DNA from: Candidatus Saccharimonadota bacterium
GTDB taxonomy: Bacteria; Patescibacteriota; Saccharimonadia; Saccharimonadales; DTSZ01
Length of the DNA: 64,000 nt
Reading direction: 5' to 3'
Assembly: GCA_012965045.1 (NCBI GenBank)
Contig: DTSZ01000001.1
Location: forward strand, 6,607 to 70,606
The notes below the pieces were generated by a model that did not search any database, had not been told where the DNA came from, and saw nothing but the letters and a program-made list of their open reading frames with translations. Positions 18,350 to 27,780 of this stretch are shown piece after piece; positions within the stretch are counted from its first letter, which is position 1, and every line of letters starts with the position of its first letter. Both the position numbers and the translations under genes were made by a program.

Positions 18350-18880
18350 ATGATATATCTTATGATGGGTCAAATTGGGTCTGGTAAGTCTGTGCAGTCT
18401 AAACGAATTAGCGAGCACCTTGATGCGCTGCGCTTAGGGCTAGGGCAATTGCTCCGCGACCACTATCCAGACCATCCTTCGCTGCAGTCAGGTGACTTAG
18501 TAGAGCATCAACTTGTGGTTGACGCGGTGAAGTCATTTTTAGATAAACACCCTATGGAAACAATCATCATTGATGGTTTTCCGCGCAACATTGAGCAGAA
18601 AAAATGGCTGGACGAGTATGTAGCCGCACATCCCGACCACGAGATTGGTGAAGTATTTGTTCTTAACGTTGATGAAGACACGGTGCATGACCGACTTATA
18701 AAACGTGGCCGCTCTGACGATACTCCCGAAGCAATCGCAAAGCGTAAGGCGGTATTTGACAATGAAGTTAAGCCACTCATTGAGTCATATCGATCAGAGG
18801 GATTGGTCGTTGACATTGATGGCAATCAGTCGGTTGATGATGTTGATTCACAAATAGAATCGAAGTTAGCTCACCCCTAA
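18350..18880 (+). CDS. adk: Adenylate kinase (short form, no zinc lid)
   Basis: The P-loop is GQIGSGKS. IIDGFPRNIEQ is the NMP-binding block, and RGRSDDTPEAIAKR is also present. The gene sits upstream of map, as in the canonical adk-map arrangement. Confidence 0.75.
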   Translation: MIYLMMGQIGSGKSVQSKRISEHLDALRLGLGQLLRDHYPDHPSLQSGDLVEHQLVVDAVKSFLDKHPMETIIIDGFPRNIEQKKWLDEYVAAHPDHEIGEVFVLNVDEDTVHDRLIKRGRSDDTPEAIAKRKAVFDNEVKPLIESYRSEGLVVDIDGNQSVDDVDSQIESKLAHP

Positions 18881-18897
18881 GAGTGTAGAAAGTTAGT

Positions 18898-19668
18898 ATG
18901 AGTTTAAAACACTTAGTGCGCAGTAAAAAAGAAATCGACTCTATTCGACAAAGTGGAGCAATGTTAGCTCACGTACTTACAGTATTACGCGGTTCCATCG
19001 AAGCAGACATGAGCACGCACGATATTGACGAAATAGCCCGCAAAGAAATAAAAGCACTGGGAGGAAAGCCTTCTTTTTATGGCTATAACGGTTTTCCGGG
19101 TGCGGTTTGCGCATCTATCAATGACGAAGTGGTCCACGGTATTCCTTCAAGGCACAGAGTTATGAAAGCAGGCGATCTAGTTAGTTTTGACTGCGGCGTG
19201 ACCTACAACGGCATGGTTACAGATGCTGCTTTTACCGAAATTGTCGGCGGTGAATCCACGGTTAGTAAACGGGTAGTCGAATTAGTGAACACCACAAAAC
19301 AGTCACTGCAAGCCGGGGAAAATGCGGTGCACGGAGATGTAGCTATTTCTGAAATAAGCAAGGCCATCGAAGACACACTACAGGCAAAAAAATTCGGTAT
19401 AGTAAAAGATCTTGTTGGCCATGGTGTGGGCAGAAAATTACACGAAGAACCCGATATTCCAAACTATGTTACAGGTGGAAAAAGTAAATCGCTGCTTAGC
19501 GGCATGACAATTGCTATCGAGCCAATGGCAACACTTGGAACAGACCGCGTAACAATGGATTCTGATGGTTGGACAATTCGCACTCAAGATGGGAGTCTTT
19601 CAGCTCATTTTGAACAAACAGTACTGGTTACAGAAGAAGGCGTTGAAATTTTAACCGACTTTTTGTAG
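18898..19668 (+). CDS. map: Methionine aminopeptidase, type I
   Basis: Metal-ligand blocks are recognisable: FDCG..YNGMVTDAAFT, GHGVGRKLHEEP, IAIEP and AHFEQTV. Confidence 0.9.
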   Translation: MSLKHLVRSKKEIDSIRQSGAMLAHVLTVLRGSIEADMSTHDIDEIARKEIKALGGKPSFYGYNGFPGAVCASINDEVVHGIPSRHRVMKAGDLVSFDCGVTYNGMVTDAAFTEIVGGESTVSKRVVELVNTTKQSLQAGENAVHGDVAISEISKAIEDTLQAKKFGIVKDLVGHGVGRKLHEEPDIPNYVTGGKSKSLLSGMTIAIEPMATLGTDRVTMDSDGWTIRTQDGSLSAHFEQTVLVTEEGVEILTDFL

Positions 19669-19712
19669 GCAGCACTAGCTACCTAATTGCATAAGCGATA
19701 TACTACGTACTA

Positions 19713-20942
19713 ATGCAACGTCAAAATAAAGCTTTTGTTGGTCTAGATATCGGCACGAACTCGGTTCGGTGCATGATTGGTATTGACGAAGAATCATCGG
19801 ATAAAATTCAGATAATAGGTGTCGGAGTGCACGAGAGCGAAGGTGTTCGCAGGGGCTCGGTAATCAATGTCGAAGAAGTAATAGAACCTATCACCAAAGC
19901 AGTCGATGAAGCCGAGCGAACGAGTGGTTACACAATTGAAAGTGCTACAGTAGGCATTAATGGAAACCACATTGAAAGCCAACACTCCAAAGGTGTGATT
20001 GCGGTAACCGGTGGTAGCAACAGAACAATAGATGAAGCTGATGTTGAGCGTGTCGAAGAAGCAGCGTCGGTCGTTCAAATGCCGCCTAACCGAGAGATTA
20101 TTCATGTTTTTGCACGGAGCTACAGCTTAGATGGGCAATCGAATATACAAAATCCATTAGGTATGACTGGCGTTCGACTAGAAGCCGAAACCTTGCTGGT
20201 TTCTGCATCTACACCAGCCCTAAAAAACACTCAAAAAGCCTTAGCGCATGTCGGTTTAGCGCTTAATGACCAGTTTATTAATGGAATAGCCGCCGCTCAT
20301 GTTGGTTTAGCTAAAAAACAGCAAGAAACTGGCACAGTTTTAATTGATATTGGCCACTCTACAACTGGAGTAATGGTGTTCGAGGAAAAAGAGCCGCTTT
20401 ATTTTGCAGTTGTTCCAGTCGGTAGTTCGCACATTACCAACGACCTAGCGATTGGCTTGCAAGTTGATCTAACAACCGCTGAAAGAATTAAAGTAGAGTA
20501 TGAAAAAATCGCGACGAAGTTAAATAAGCAGTCAGCTGTAATAAATGACTCAAAAGGCAATGAAGTAAAATTTCGGCCGACGCTTGTGCGTGACATAATT
20601 GAAGCACGTACGGAAGAAATATTTGAAGCAGTTAACAAAAAACTTATGACTGTCGGAAAAGTTGGCGATCTACCTGGCGGAGTGGTGTTGGCTGGTGGCG
20701 GGGCGAATATGTATGGAATCGTAGATGTATGTAAATCGACTATGAAATTACCGGTTGAAACCGTTACGCTCAATACATATGGCGGTATTACTGACAATGT
20801 TGGCGGGTTGGAAATGGCTACGGTTAGCGGCCTTATGGAATTAGACAAGCTTGGGGCTGGAGTCGGCAAAAAGAACTTTAAGCTTAACTTGTCAGGCGGT
20901 AATTCGGTATTGCGCACAATTTTTGAACGCTTTAAACCATAG
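19713..20942 (+). CDS. ftsA: Cell division protein FtsA
   Basis: The actin-like ATPase motifs are GLDIGTNSVRCMIG and LIDIGHSTTGV, with a GGGANM block. The gene lies directly upstream of ftsZ. Confidence 0.9.
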   Translation: MQRQNKAFVGLDIGTNSVRCMIGIDEESSDKIQIIGVGVHESEGVRRGSVINVEEVIEPITKAVDEAERTSGYTIESATVGINGNHIESQHSKGVIAVTGGSNRTIDEADVERVEEAASVVQMPPNREIIHVFARSYSLDGQSNIQNPLGMTGVRLEAETLLVSASTPALKNTQKALAHVGLALNDQFINGIAAAHVGLAKKQQETGTVLIDIGHSTTGVMVFEEKEPLYFAVVPVGSSHITNDLAIGLQVDLTTAERIKVEYEKIATKLNKQSAVINDSKGNEVKFRPTLVRDIIEARTEEIFEAVNKKLMTVGKVGDLPGGVVLAGGGANMYGIVDVCKSTMKLPVETVTLNTYGGITDNVGGLEMATVSGLMELDKLGAGVGKKNFKLNLSGGNSVLRTIFERFKP

Positions 20943-21069
20943 CGAACAACCTGCATACATTATTTTAGATATTTGCTAAAAACGTAGTTAGCTACATTTT
21001 TCTTTTGTTTTTACTGAACACAAAAGTGTATACTTAGCAATCAGAAACACTTGTAATAAGGAGGGACGC

Positions 21070-22368
21070 GTGCCTCAAGTAACACCTAAAGTTGAAACAT
21101 TTGCTCGAATAAAAGTCGTCGGCGTTGGCGGGGCCGGCAACGCTGCCATAAACAGAATGATAGAAGCTGGCGTTCAAGATGTTGATTTCATTGCCGTCAA
21201 TACCGATGCTCAGGCTCTTCATAATTCAGCTGCACCTACTAAAATTCATATTGGTCAGCAAACCACACGCGGTCTTGGTGCCGGTGCTGATCCAAAGGTG
21301 GGACAATCGGCTGCAGAAGAATCATACGATGAAATAAGTAAAGCACTACAAGGTGCAGACATGGCGTTCATAACATTCGGTGCTGGTGGTGGAACTGGAA
21401 GCGGAGCCGGTCCAATCATTGCCGGCGTTGCTAAAGACCTTGAAATTCTAACGGTTGGTATAGCCACGAAGCCATTCGCATTTGAGGGTGAACGACGACG
21501 ACGCAATGCCGAGGAAGCGATCTCTAACCTACGCGGTAGCGTGGACACGATTATCACTATTCCAAATGACAGACTACTCCAGACAATCGACCGTAAAACT
21601 CCGCTGATGGATGCATTTAAAGTCGCTGACGATGTTCTACGACAAGGCGTAGAGGGTATTTCAAACCTTATTACGGTGCACGGCATGATCAACCTCGACT
21701 TCGCTGACGTAAAGGCCGTTATGAAGGATGCCGGATCCGCATTGATGGGCATTGGTTCGGCAACTGGCGAGAACAGAGCAGTAGAAGCTGCTCAAAAAGC
21801 TATCGAATCGCCGCTGCTCGAAGTGTCTATTGATGGTGCTCGTGGAGTGCTGTTCAATGTCACCGGTGGTCCAGATATGGGCATGCACGAAATTAACGAA
21901 GCTGCCGAGATTATTACCTCTGCCGTAGACGCTGATGCCAATATTATCTTCGGTGCCAATATGGATCAGTCTATGGGCGATGAAGTGCACGTTACCGTGA
22001 TTGCCACTGGTTTTGATGCTGCCTTCTTTGTAGATAAGTCCAATTCTAATGATGGTTTGGCATATTTCTCTAAACCGAACCGATCAACATTTGATGATTC
22101 TGATGACGAAGATGTTCAAGATGATGAAGGTTCAAGCTCTGTAGTGCACGGCAACGTCGATGCTCCGCAAGAGGAAGCCAACATGAACGATGAGATCGAC
22201 GATGATGAAGTTGATCTTTCCATGGATGATGACGAAAAAACTGAACAACCAGACGAAAAATTAAAAAAAGACGACAATGATTCTGGCGATATTTGGTCAA
22301 TAGACGACGACGAAGATGAGTTTGAAAAACCAGCCTTTCTACGCCGTAGAAAGCGCAAAAAAGACTAA
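21070..22368 (+). CDS. ftsZ: Cell division GTPase FtsZ (GTG start) with a long acidic linker and a basic C-terminal tail
   Basis: The tubulin signature is [10 protein letters not shown], preceded by [11 protein letters not shown] and NTDAQAL. The C-terminal peptide is [15 protein letters not shown]. Confidence 0.95.
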   Translation: MPQVTPKVETFARIKVVGVGGAGNAAINRMIEAGVQDVDFIAVNTDAQALHNSAAPTKIHIGQQTTRGLGAGADPKVGQSAAEESYDEISKALQGADMAFITFGAGGGTGSGAGPIIAGVAKDLEILTVGIATKPFAFEGERRRRNAEEAISNLRGSVDTIITIPNDRLLQTIDRKTPLMDAFKVADDVLRQGVEGISNLITVHGMINLDFADVKAVMKDAGSALMGIGSATGENRAVEAAQKAIESPLLEVSIDGARGVLFNVTGGPDMGMHEINEAAEIITSAVDADANIIFGANMDQSMGDEVHVTVIATGFDAAFFVDKSNSNDGLAYFSKPNRSTFDDSDDEDVQDDEGSSSVVHGNVDAPQEEANMNDEIDDDEVDLSMDDDEKTEQPDEKLKKDDNDSGDIWSIDDDEDEFEKPAFLRRRKRKKD

Positions 22369-22496
22369 AAAAGTCATATAAATATTGATACTGCACACAT
22401 ATTTTACCCGACCAAAAACCGTCCGTTTGTGCTAAAAATGACAACACAAAGTAATTGACACAAACACCATAACTAGGGCTATAATCGATGCTAGGT

Positions 22497-22512
22497 ACAC
22501 CACATGTGTGGT
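22497..22512. promoter_or_regulatory. Imperfect palindrome ACACCACATGTGTGGT, weakly NrdR-box-like, just downstream of a TTGACA-N19-TATAAT element (22455-22485)
   Basis: The core cacatgtg is a perfect 8-bp palindrome, with ACAC on the left and TGGT on the right. It shares the ACAC....GTGT-type symmetry of NrdR boxes but is not a good consensus match, and I found no second box at the usual spacing. Confidence 0.2.
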
Positions 22513-22557
22513 TAAGCACATTTGTCGTACAGTACATAAATAGACGGAAGGAGACGC

Positions 22558-23031
22558 ATGAAATGCCCACAATGTAGTGGCGATGATACAAAGGTGCTTG
22601 AATCACGAGAAGTTTCTGATGTATCAGCAATTCGCAGGCGAAGACACTGTAATTCATGCTCTGCTCGATTTACAACATATGAGCGCATTGAACGGCCTAA
22701 TCTTGCCGTTATAAAACGTAATGGTGAGCGCCAGTTGTATGATCGGACTAAATTGCTTGCTGGGATATTGCGCGCATGCGAAAAACGGTCTGTGTCACGA
22801 CTCCAATTGGAGGAGATGATAAACAGTATCGAACGAGAATTGCATGAATGTGATGAATCAGAAGTGACTTCTGAATACGTAGGTGAACTTGTATTAGACC
22901 GATTGGCTCGTATTGATCCAGTGGCATATATACGGTTTACAAGTGTGTATAAAGACTTCACCAACCTAGAAAGCTTTGAGCGCGAACTCCAGCGTCTAAA
23001 AAACAAACAGAAGAAAAACAAAATTATATAA
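22558..23031 (+). CDS. nrdR: Transcriptional repressor NrdR
   Basis: The N-terminal zinc ribbon is MKCPQCSG..C.SCSARFTTYE. It is followed by an ATP-cone (..LYDRTKLLAGILRACEKR..). Confidence 0.9.
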   Translation: MKCPQCSGDDTKVLESREVSDVSAIRRRRHCNSCSARFTTYERIERPNLAVIKRNGERQLYDRTKLLAGILRACEKRSVSRLQLEEMINSIERELHECDESEVTSEYVGELVLDRLARIDPVAYIRFTSVYKDFTNLESFERELQRLKNKQKKNKII

Positions 23032-23221
23032 ATAATTTGAGGTACGTTCCGGTCAGTAGCGATTATGTATCACATCGCAGCTAATGGCCGGAGCATAGCT
23101 CGTAGACTCTTTAAAAACGTATGTAGAGACACGTAATTTTAATGAGACACAAAAATTAAAAACAAAAAATTTGTTAGGAAAATAACAATAAATAGCAAAT
23201 TTAAGGAGGGTAATAAAAGAC

Positions 23222-26005
23222 ATGACACCGTATCAACAAAAAATATCATCATTAGGGTTAAGCCGTTTTTTCACGAGTTCGGACACACATCCATACGATC
23301 AAGTTAAATGGGAAGTTCGTGAATCAAAAATTGTTAACCCGGTTACGGGCGAAGTCGTATTTCACCAACCAGAAGTAGAGTTTCCTACCTCATGGTCTGT
23401 GAATGCAACGAATATTGTTACCCAAAAATACTTTACAGGCACACCGGGCACGCCGGAGCGCGAATCATCTTTGCGACACTTAATAGACCGCGTTGCCGAC
23501 ACTATTACCGAACACGGGCTAAAAGAGGGTTACTTTGTCGATGAGGAAGAAGCTCGCATATATAACGAAGAACTTAAATATATACTTGTCACTCAACGAG
23601 CTGCATTTAACTCACCGGTATGGTTCAACATCGGTGCAAAAGATCGAAAGCAGCAAGCAAGTGCGTGTTTTATCCTTGGTGTAGAAGACGACATGAAGTC
23701 GATTCTTAACTGGTATGTTGAAGAAGGAATGATCTTCAAAGGTGGAAGTGGCGCTGGTGTAAACTTAAGCAAAATTCGATCAAGCAAAGAAAAACTAAGC
23801 GGGAGCGCAGGCTACGCGTCTGGTCCACTTAGCTTTATGCGAGGTGCTGATTCTTCAGCTGGTGCGATTAAGTCTGGCGGTAAAACTCGTCGAGCTGCCA
23901 AAATGGTTATTCTCGACGTTGATCACCCAGACGTAGAAGATTTTATTTGGAGTAAGGCAAAGGAAGAACGTAAAGCGCGAGCTCTGCGCGAGGCTGGCTT
24001 TGACATGAGCCTTAACGGTGACGATATTCACTCGATTCAATACCAAAACGCCAATAACTCAGTTCGCGTAACTGATGACTTTATGAAAGCTGTCGTTAAT
24101 GATGATGATTGGCAGTTAACAGCTCGAACCGAAGATGCTGCTGTTGAAACCGTAAAGGCTCGAAAAATTTGGCGACAAATTGCTGAAGCCGCGTGGGAAT
24201 GCGCAGACCCAGGATTGCAGTTTGATACGACTATTAACCACTGGCACACCTGTCCGGTTGCTGGTCGAATTAATGGCTCGAACCCATGTAGTGAATACAT
24301 GCACCTTGATAACTCAGCCTGTAACCTTGCTTCACTCAACTTACTTAAGTTCTTAAATGAAGACAGCACGTTTGATATTGAAGCCTTCCGACACGCGACC
24401 GAAATAATGTTTATTGGTCAAGAAATCTTGGTTGGCTACTCAAGCTACCCAACAGAAGGCATTACGAAGAACGCGAAAGCCTACCGTGAACTTGGTATCG
24501 GTTACGCAAACCTTGGCGCTATGCTTATGGCTCAAGGATTGCCATATGACTCAGACGCAGGTCGCGCCCAAGCTGCAGCCATTACTTCGCTTCTTACTGG
24601 CCACAGTTATGCAACCAGTGCAAAGATGGCTCGTCGCGTTGGACCGTTCGCAGGTTACAACCAAGACAAAGAAGGCATGCACAAGGTGCTTAAACAGCAT
24701 CGAGAGGCTGTTGGTAGTATCGACGCTAACTTTGTGTCAGAAGACCTTCTAAACGCCGCTACGATTGCCTGGGACGAAGCAAATGAGTTTGGTGAGCAGT
24801 TTGGTGTACGCAACTCGCAAGCTAGCGTGCTTGCACCAACCGGAACCATCGGCCTAATGATGGACTGTGATACAACCGGAATTGAACCAGACCTTGGCTT
24901 AGTCAAAACCAAGAACCTAGTTGGCGGTGGAACAATGAGTATTGTTAACCAAACTGTACCGCGAGCATTAAAGTCACTTGGCTACACGCCGCAACAAATT
25001 ACCGCTATCACAGACTACATCGACGAAGAAAAAACAATCATTGGTGCGCCAAGTCTTAAAGACGAGCATCTACCAGTGTTTGCCTGCTCAATGGGCGACA
25101 ACCCAATTCACTATCTTGGTCACGTAAAAATGATGGGTGCCGTACAGCCATTCTTATCTGGCGCCATTAGTAAAACAGTCAACATGCCAGAAGACGTGAG
25201 TGTTGAAGATGTCGAACAATTGCACCTCGACTCATGGAAGCTCGGCCTTAAAGCTGTAGCAATTTATCGAGACAACTGTAAGGTTGCTCAACCACTGAGC
25301 ATGACCAAAAAAGCTGGAGCAGACGAAGGTACAAAAGCTGACGAGGTCGTTGCCACAGAAGGCTTTGCAGTTGCTGGTGTCCACAGAAAAGAACTACCAA
25401 AGCGTAGAACTTCAAAAACTTACGAATTTAAAGTAGCGGGCAGCAAAGGTTACTTTACGGTCGGCGAATTTGAAGACGGCGCTCCTGCTGAGTTGTTCTT
25501 GAATGTATCAAAACAAGGAAGCACCTTAGCCGGAGTAATGGACGCCCTTGCCATTAGCGTGAGCCATGGCTTGCAATACGGCGTACCATTAAAGAGCTAT
25601 GTTAAAACCTTTACAAACATGGCCTTTGCCCCAGCTGGTCTTACTGACGACAAAGACATTCGTACAGCCAGCAGCTTAGTAGACTACATCTTTAGACGGA
25701 TCGGCAAAGACTACCTAAGCTTTGATGATCAGCTTGAAACCGGCATAAGCCATTTTGAGGATCAACCAGCTAACCAAGCGCAGCTAATTGCTGACGAGGT
25801 GGTTGAGAAAATCCAAGAAGTTGTAGCCGAAGAGAAGCCAGCCCAAGCGCCTCAGGCTGCTGCACCGGCACCAAGCGCGCCAGCAGAAACTCCAACAAAA
25901 GAGGACGACACAGCACCACTGTGTAGCTTCTGCGGCAACATAACGCAACGCTCAGGCAGTTGTTATGTATGTACGTCTTGTGGGATGACGACGGGTTGTA
26001 GCTAG
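23222..26005 (+). CDS. nrdJ: Ribonucleoside-di/triphosphate reductase, class II (adenosylcobalamin-dependent)
   Basis: A 927-aa single-chain RNR. The active-site blocks are NPCSEY and ACNLASLNL. A C-terminal redox/zinc tail reads CSFCG..CYVCTSCG. No nrdB/nrdF partner is present, and the gene sits adjacent to nrdR. Confidence 0.85.
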   Translation: MTPYQQKISSLGLSRFFTSSDTHPYDQVKWEVRESKIVNPVTGEVVFHQPEVEFPTSWSVNATNIVTQKYFTGTPGTPERESSLRHLIDRVADTITEHGLKEGYFVDEEEARIYNEELKYILVTQRAAFNSPVWFNIGAKDRKQQASACFILGVEDDMKSILNWYVEEGMIFKGGSGAGVNLSKIRSSKEKLSGSAGYASGPLSFMRGADSSAGAIKSGGKTRRAAKMVILDVDHPDVEDFIWSKAKEERKARALREAGFDMSLNGDDIHSIQYQNANNSVRVTDDFMKAVVNDDDWQLTARTEDAAVETVKARKIWRQIAEAAWECADPGLQFDTTINHWHTCPVAGRINGSNPCSEYMHLDNSACNLASLNLLKFLNEDSTFDIEAFRHATEIMFIGQEILVGYSSYPTEGITKNAKAYRELGIGYANLGAMLMAQGLPYDSDAGRAQAAAITSLLTGHSYATSAKMARRVGPFAGYNQDKEGMHKVLKQHREAVGSIDANFVSEDLLNAATIAWDEANEFGEQFGVRNSQASVLAPTGTIGLMMDCDTTGIEPDLGLVKTKNLVGGGTMSIVNQTVPRALKSLGYTPQQITAITDYIDEEKTIIGAPSLKDEHLPVFACSMGDNPIHYLGHVKMMGAVQPFLSGAISKTVNMPEDVSVEDVEQLHLDSWKLGLKAVAIYRDNCKVAQPLSMTKKAGADEGTKADEVVATEGFAVAGVHRKELPKRRTSKTYEFKVAGSKGYFTVGEFEDGAPAELFLNVSKQGSTLAGVMDALAISVSHGLQYGVPLKSYVKTFTNMAFAPAGLTDDKDIRTASSLVDYIFRRIGKDYLSFDDQLETGISHFEDQPANQAQLIADEVVEKIQEVVAEEKPAQAPQAAAPAPSAPAETPTKEDDTAPLCSFCGNITQRSGSCYVCTSCGMTTGCS

Positions 26006-26028
26006 GATCTTAGCTGCATAGCAAAAAA

Positions 26029-26055
26029 CAGGCCTCATACAGAGGTCTGTTTTAA
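26029..26055 (+). terminator. Rho-independent terminator after nrdJ
   Basis: The hairpin is acaggcctc-ataca-gaggtctgt (9-bp stem with one G-U) followed by TTTTAATTT. Confidence 0.6.
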
Positions 26056-26110
26056 TTTAAACCATGGTATACGTTTAGGATTCAAAATACTGTATTATCG
26101 TTGCAGCGCT

Positions 26111-26746
26111 ATGACAGAAATTAGATTATATCGACACGCACAATCAGAACTTAATATACGACGTGATTTGGTTGGAGGACGAAGCAATCAGACGAGACTA
26201 ACACAGCTTGGCGAATCACAAGCTGTAGCTTTGGCGTGGCACCTGCAAAGTGAGAACTATTCTCCTGACGTGGTGTTTAGTTCACCTGCCATACGAGCAA
26301 TCCATACTGGAAGAATTGCTCTTTTGGGCCACGGTATAAAGGAAGACGATTTTATAACTGATTATGGCCTGCAAGAATTGAGCCAAGGACATGCTGAAGG
26401 TGGGCCTAGAGAAACTATATATACTGACGAAATCAGGGCTCGAATAGGTGTTGAACTTGAGGAGTTCGCATTTGAAGGTGGTGAATCGATGAGGCAAACT
26501 GGGCAACGAATGCTAAACGATTGGTTGCTGCCAACATTAGAGAAATTTCCAGATGCAGATAGGATTGTAGCGTTTACCCATGGCTTTGCGATTAAATGTT
26601 TAGCAGCTCAGGTTGAAGATGGCTGGGATCACTCTCGAATACGCTTCCATTCTGTACCAAATGTATCAGAAACAACCTTATTTTATGATCGACAAAGTGC
26701 CGCGTTGACAGTTGGCGATGTAGGGAAAGTCACAGTTGCTGACTAG
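26111..26746 (+). CDS. Histidine phosphatase family protein (phosphoglycerate mutase-like)
   Basis: The N-terminal LYRHAQSE is a variant of the RHG catalytic motif. A downstream FTHGFAIK provides the second His. Confidence 0.7.
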   Translation: MTEIRLYRHAQSELNIRRDLVGGRSNQTRLTQLGESQAVALAWHLQSENYSPDVVFSSPAIRAIHTGRIALLGHGIKEDDFITDYGLQELSQGHAEGGPRETIYTDEIRARIGVELEEFAFEGGESMRQTGQRMLNDWLLPTLEKFPDADRIVAFTHGFAIKCLAAQVEDGWDHSRIRFHSVPNVSETTLFYDRQSAALTVGDVGKVTVAD

Positions 26747-26763
26747 TTTGGTATAGTACCTGC

Positions 26764-27036
26764 ATGAAGCTTACGATTATTACAAAAGAAGACCACGAAG
26801 ACCGCCGAGAGATTCGCCAATATATTGAATCGATTAAAGACGATCTGCATGAAGGTGTTGATTTCAATGTTTACGATTCTAAAACTAAAGAAGCCCAGTC
26901 TGTTATGCAGCTGTATGGCTTAATGCAGTACCCGGCAATAGTCATTACCCGACCACTCGATGGCAGCGTGATTCAGACATGGCAAGGGATGCCGTTGCCA
27001 CGCAAGAGTGAGATTGTTTATTTTGCTAATTCTTAA
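26764..27036 (+). CDS. Hypothetical 90-aa protein (possibly a thioredoxin-like fold, but without a CxxC motif)
   Basis: The ORF is compact with a plausible globular composition. I recognise no diagnostic motif. Confidence 0.45.
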   Translation: MKLTIITKEDHEDRREIRQYIESIKDDLHEGVDFNVYDSKTKEAQSVMQLYGLMQYPAIVITRPLDGSVIQTWQGMPLPRKSEIVYFANS

Positions 27037-27538
27037 GATTTAAGCAAACTAAAGTTTGCAATTTAATTCCACCATTTTGAGTGATCAAAACGGTGGAGCC
27101 AAAAGATCACCCTGTTCGTATCTCTTGATATCTTCATTGCTAAATAACACAACAGCCTCCGGAATGGCTAAAGCCAGTCTGAAAGTAATCCATAGGAGTT
27201 TCAGACAGGTCCTCGGCTTAATTCTTGTGTATTTAGGCATTCAGATTCAGGATCCGCTCAAAAGGGAGGGGCGAGCTTCGCTCGCCCTGTAGCCCTGCAG
27301 CCTCTTCCACTTCCTCAACCTACCTGATCAACGAGTGCCTCAAATACAACTAAAGCAAAAAACTTTGCTGAGCCTAATCCAATAAAATTATAGCGAAGCC
27401 GCTTGACGTTGTTTTTTGCGTTGTATTTCTAAGCAATGAGATGATAGAGAAGGGTGAGTGTGGTCGTATTTTTGGCTTCCGTTTTTGACGAGACAAAAAT
27501 GGAAGAGTAATGGCAAGCGTCAGCTTGCAACTAAGTAA

Positions 27539-27567
27539 TTCAAAAATATGTACATCTGCTATATACT
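27539..27567 (+). promoter_or_regulatory. Candidate promoter of the ileS leader (TTCAAA-N17-TATACT)
   Basis: TTCAAA lies at 27539-27544, followed by a 17-nt spacer and TATACT at 27562-27567, immediately upstream of the T-box leader. Confidence 0.4.
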
Positions 27568-27574
27568 TTTAACT

Positions 27575-27780
27575 ACAAAGCATTTGGAGCATTCCAAGAA
27601 GTGGCTATCAACCACAAGCTAATGGGAAGAACGGATTAGTCTAAGTAGAACCCATCGCAGATCCTCACTGCGAAATCAAAAGACCGAGATAAAGAAGTAA
27701 GTCGTATGATTTGCATGCACGGATGGTACCTCGCTAAAACAGCGATCCTGCACTCACAAGAATGTGAGTGTTTTTATTTT
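27575..27780 (+). promoter_or_regulatory. T-box riboswitch leader, isoleucine specifier (AUC), with a very short Stem I
   Basis: The T-box core tgcacGGATGGTACCtcgc lies at about 27716-27735 (compare the consensus GGGUGGUACCGCG). The antiterminator is gca-c-ggat[ggtacc]tcgct-aaaac-agcga-atcc-tgc. The hairpin gtgg-CTATCAA-ccac (27601-27615) displays AUC (27607-27609) followed by A. Downstream, the hairpin cactcaca-agaa-tgtgagtg (27751-27770) plus TTTTTATTTTT lies just before the aaggag SD of ileS. Confidence 0.7.

Noticed and set aside
27085-27100. ggctccaccg on the minus strand resembles a tmRNA or tRNA acceptor 3' end (GCUCCACCA)
   Set aside because: No T-arm (GTTCGAATC-like) precedes it. 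I also found no tag-peptide reading frame or 5' GGGG acceptor partner.
27150-27175. cagcctCC-GGAA-TGGctaaagcc looks vaguely like the SRP RNA helix-8 GGAA tetraloop region
   Set aside because: The closing pairs do not form, and the conserved AGCAGCC / GUCAGG symmetric-loop sequences are absent on either strand.
27200-27228. acag-gtcct-CGGCTTA resembles the 3' P4 strand of bacterial RNase P RNA (ACAGAAcccGGCUUA)
   Set aside because: No matching GAGGAAAGUCCGGGC 5' P4 strand exists at a suitable distance on the plus strand, because that position falls inside the 26764-27036 CDS. The spacing is off by one, and the minus strand has the wrong polarity.
27085-27240. 51-aa minus-strand ORF (MPKYTRIKPRTCLKLLWITFRLALAIPEAVVLFSNEDIKRYEQGDLLAPPF) found by hand translation
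   Set aside because: It has no SD, an in-frame stop lies immediately upstream of the ATG, and I recognise no motif. I kept it only as an alternative explanation within the structured-gap finding.
27056-27292. 78-aa plus-strand ORF (TTG start) in the large gap upstream of ileS
   Set aside because: It has a non-ATG start, no SD and an implausible composition (..SPCSYLLISSLLNNTTASG..). It also runs straight through several strong hairpins. I treat it as a chance ORF in a probably noncoding region.
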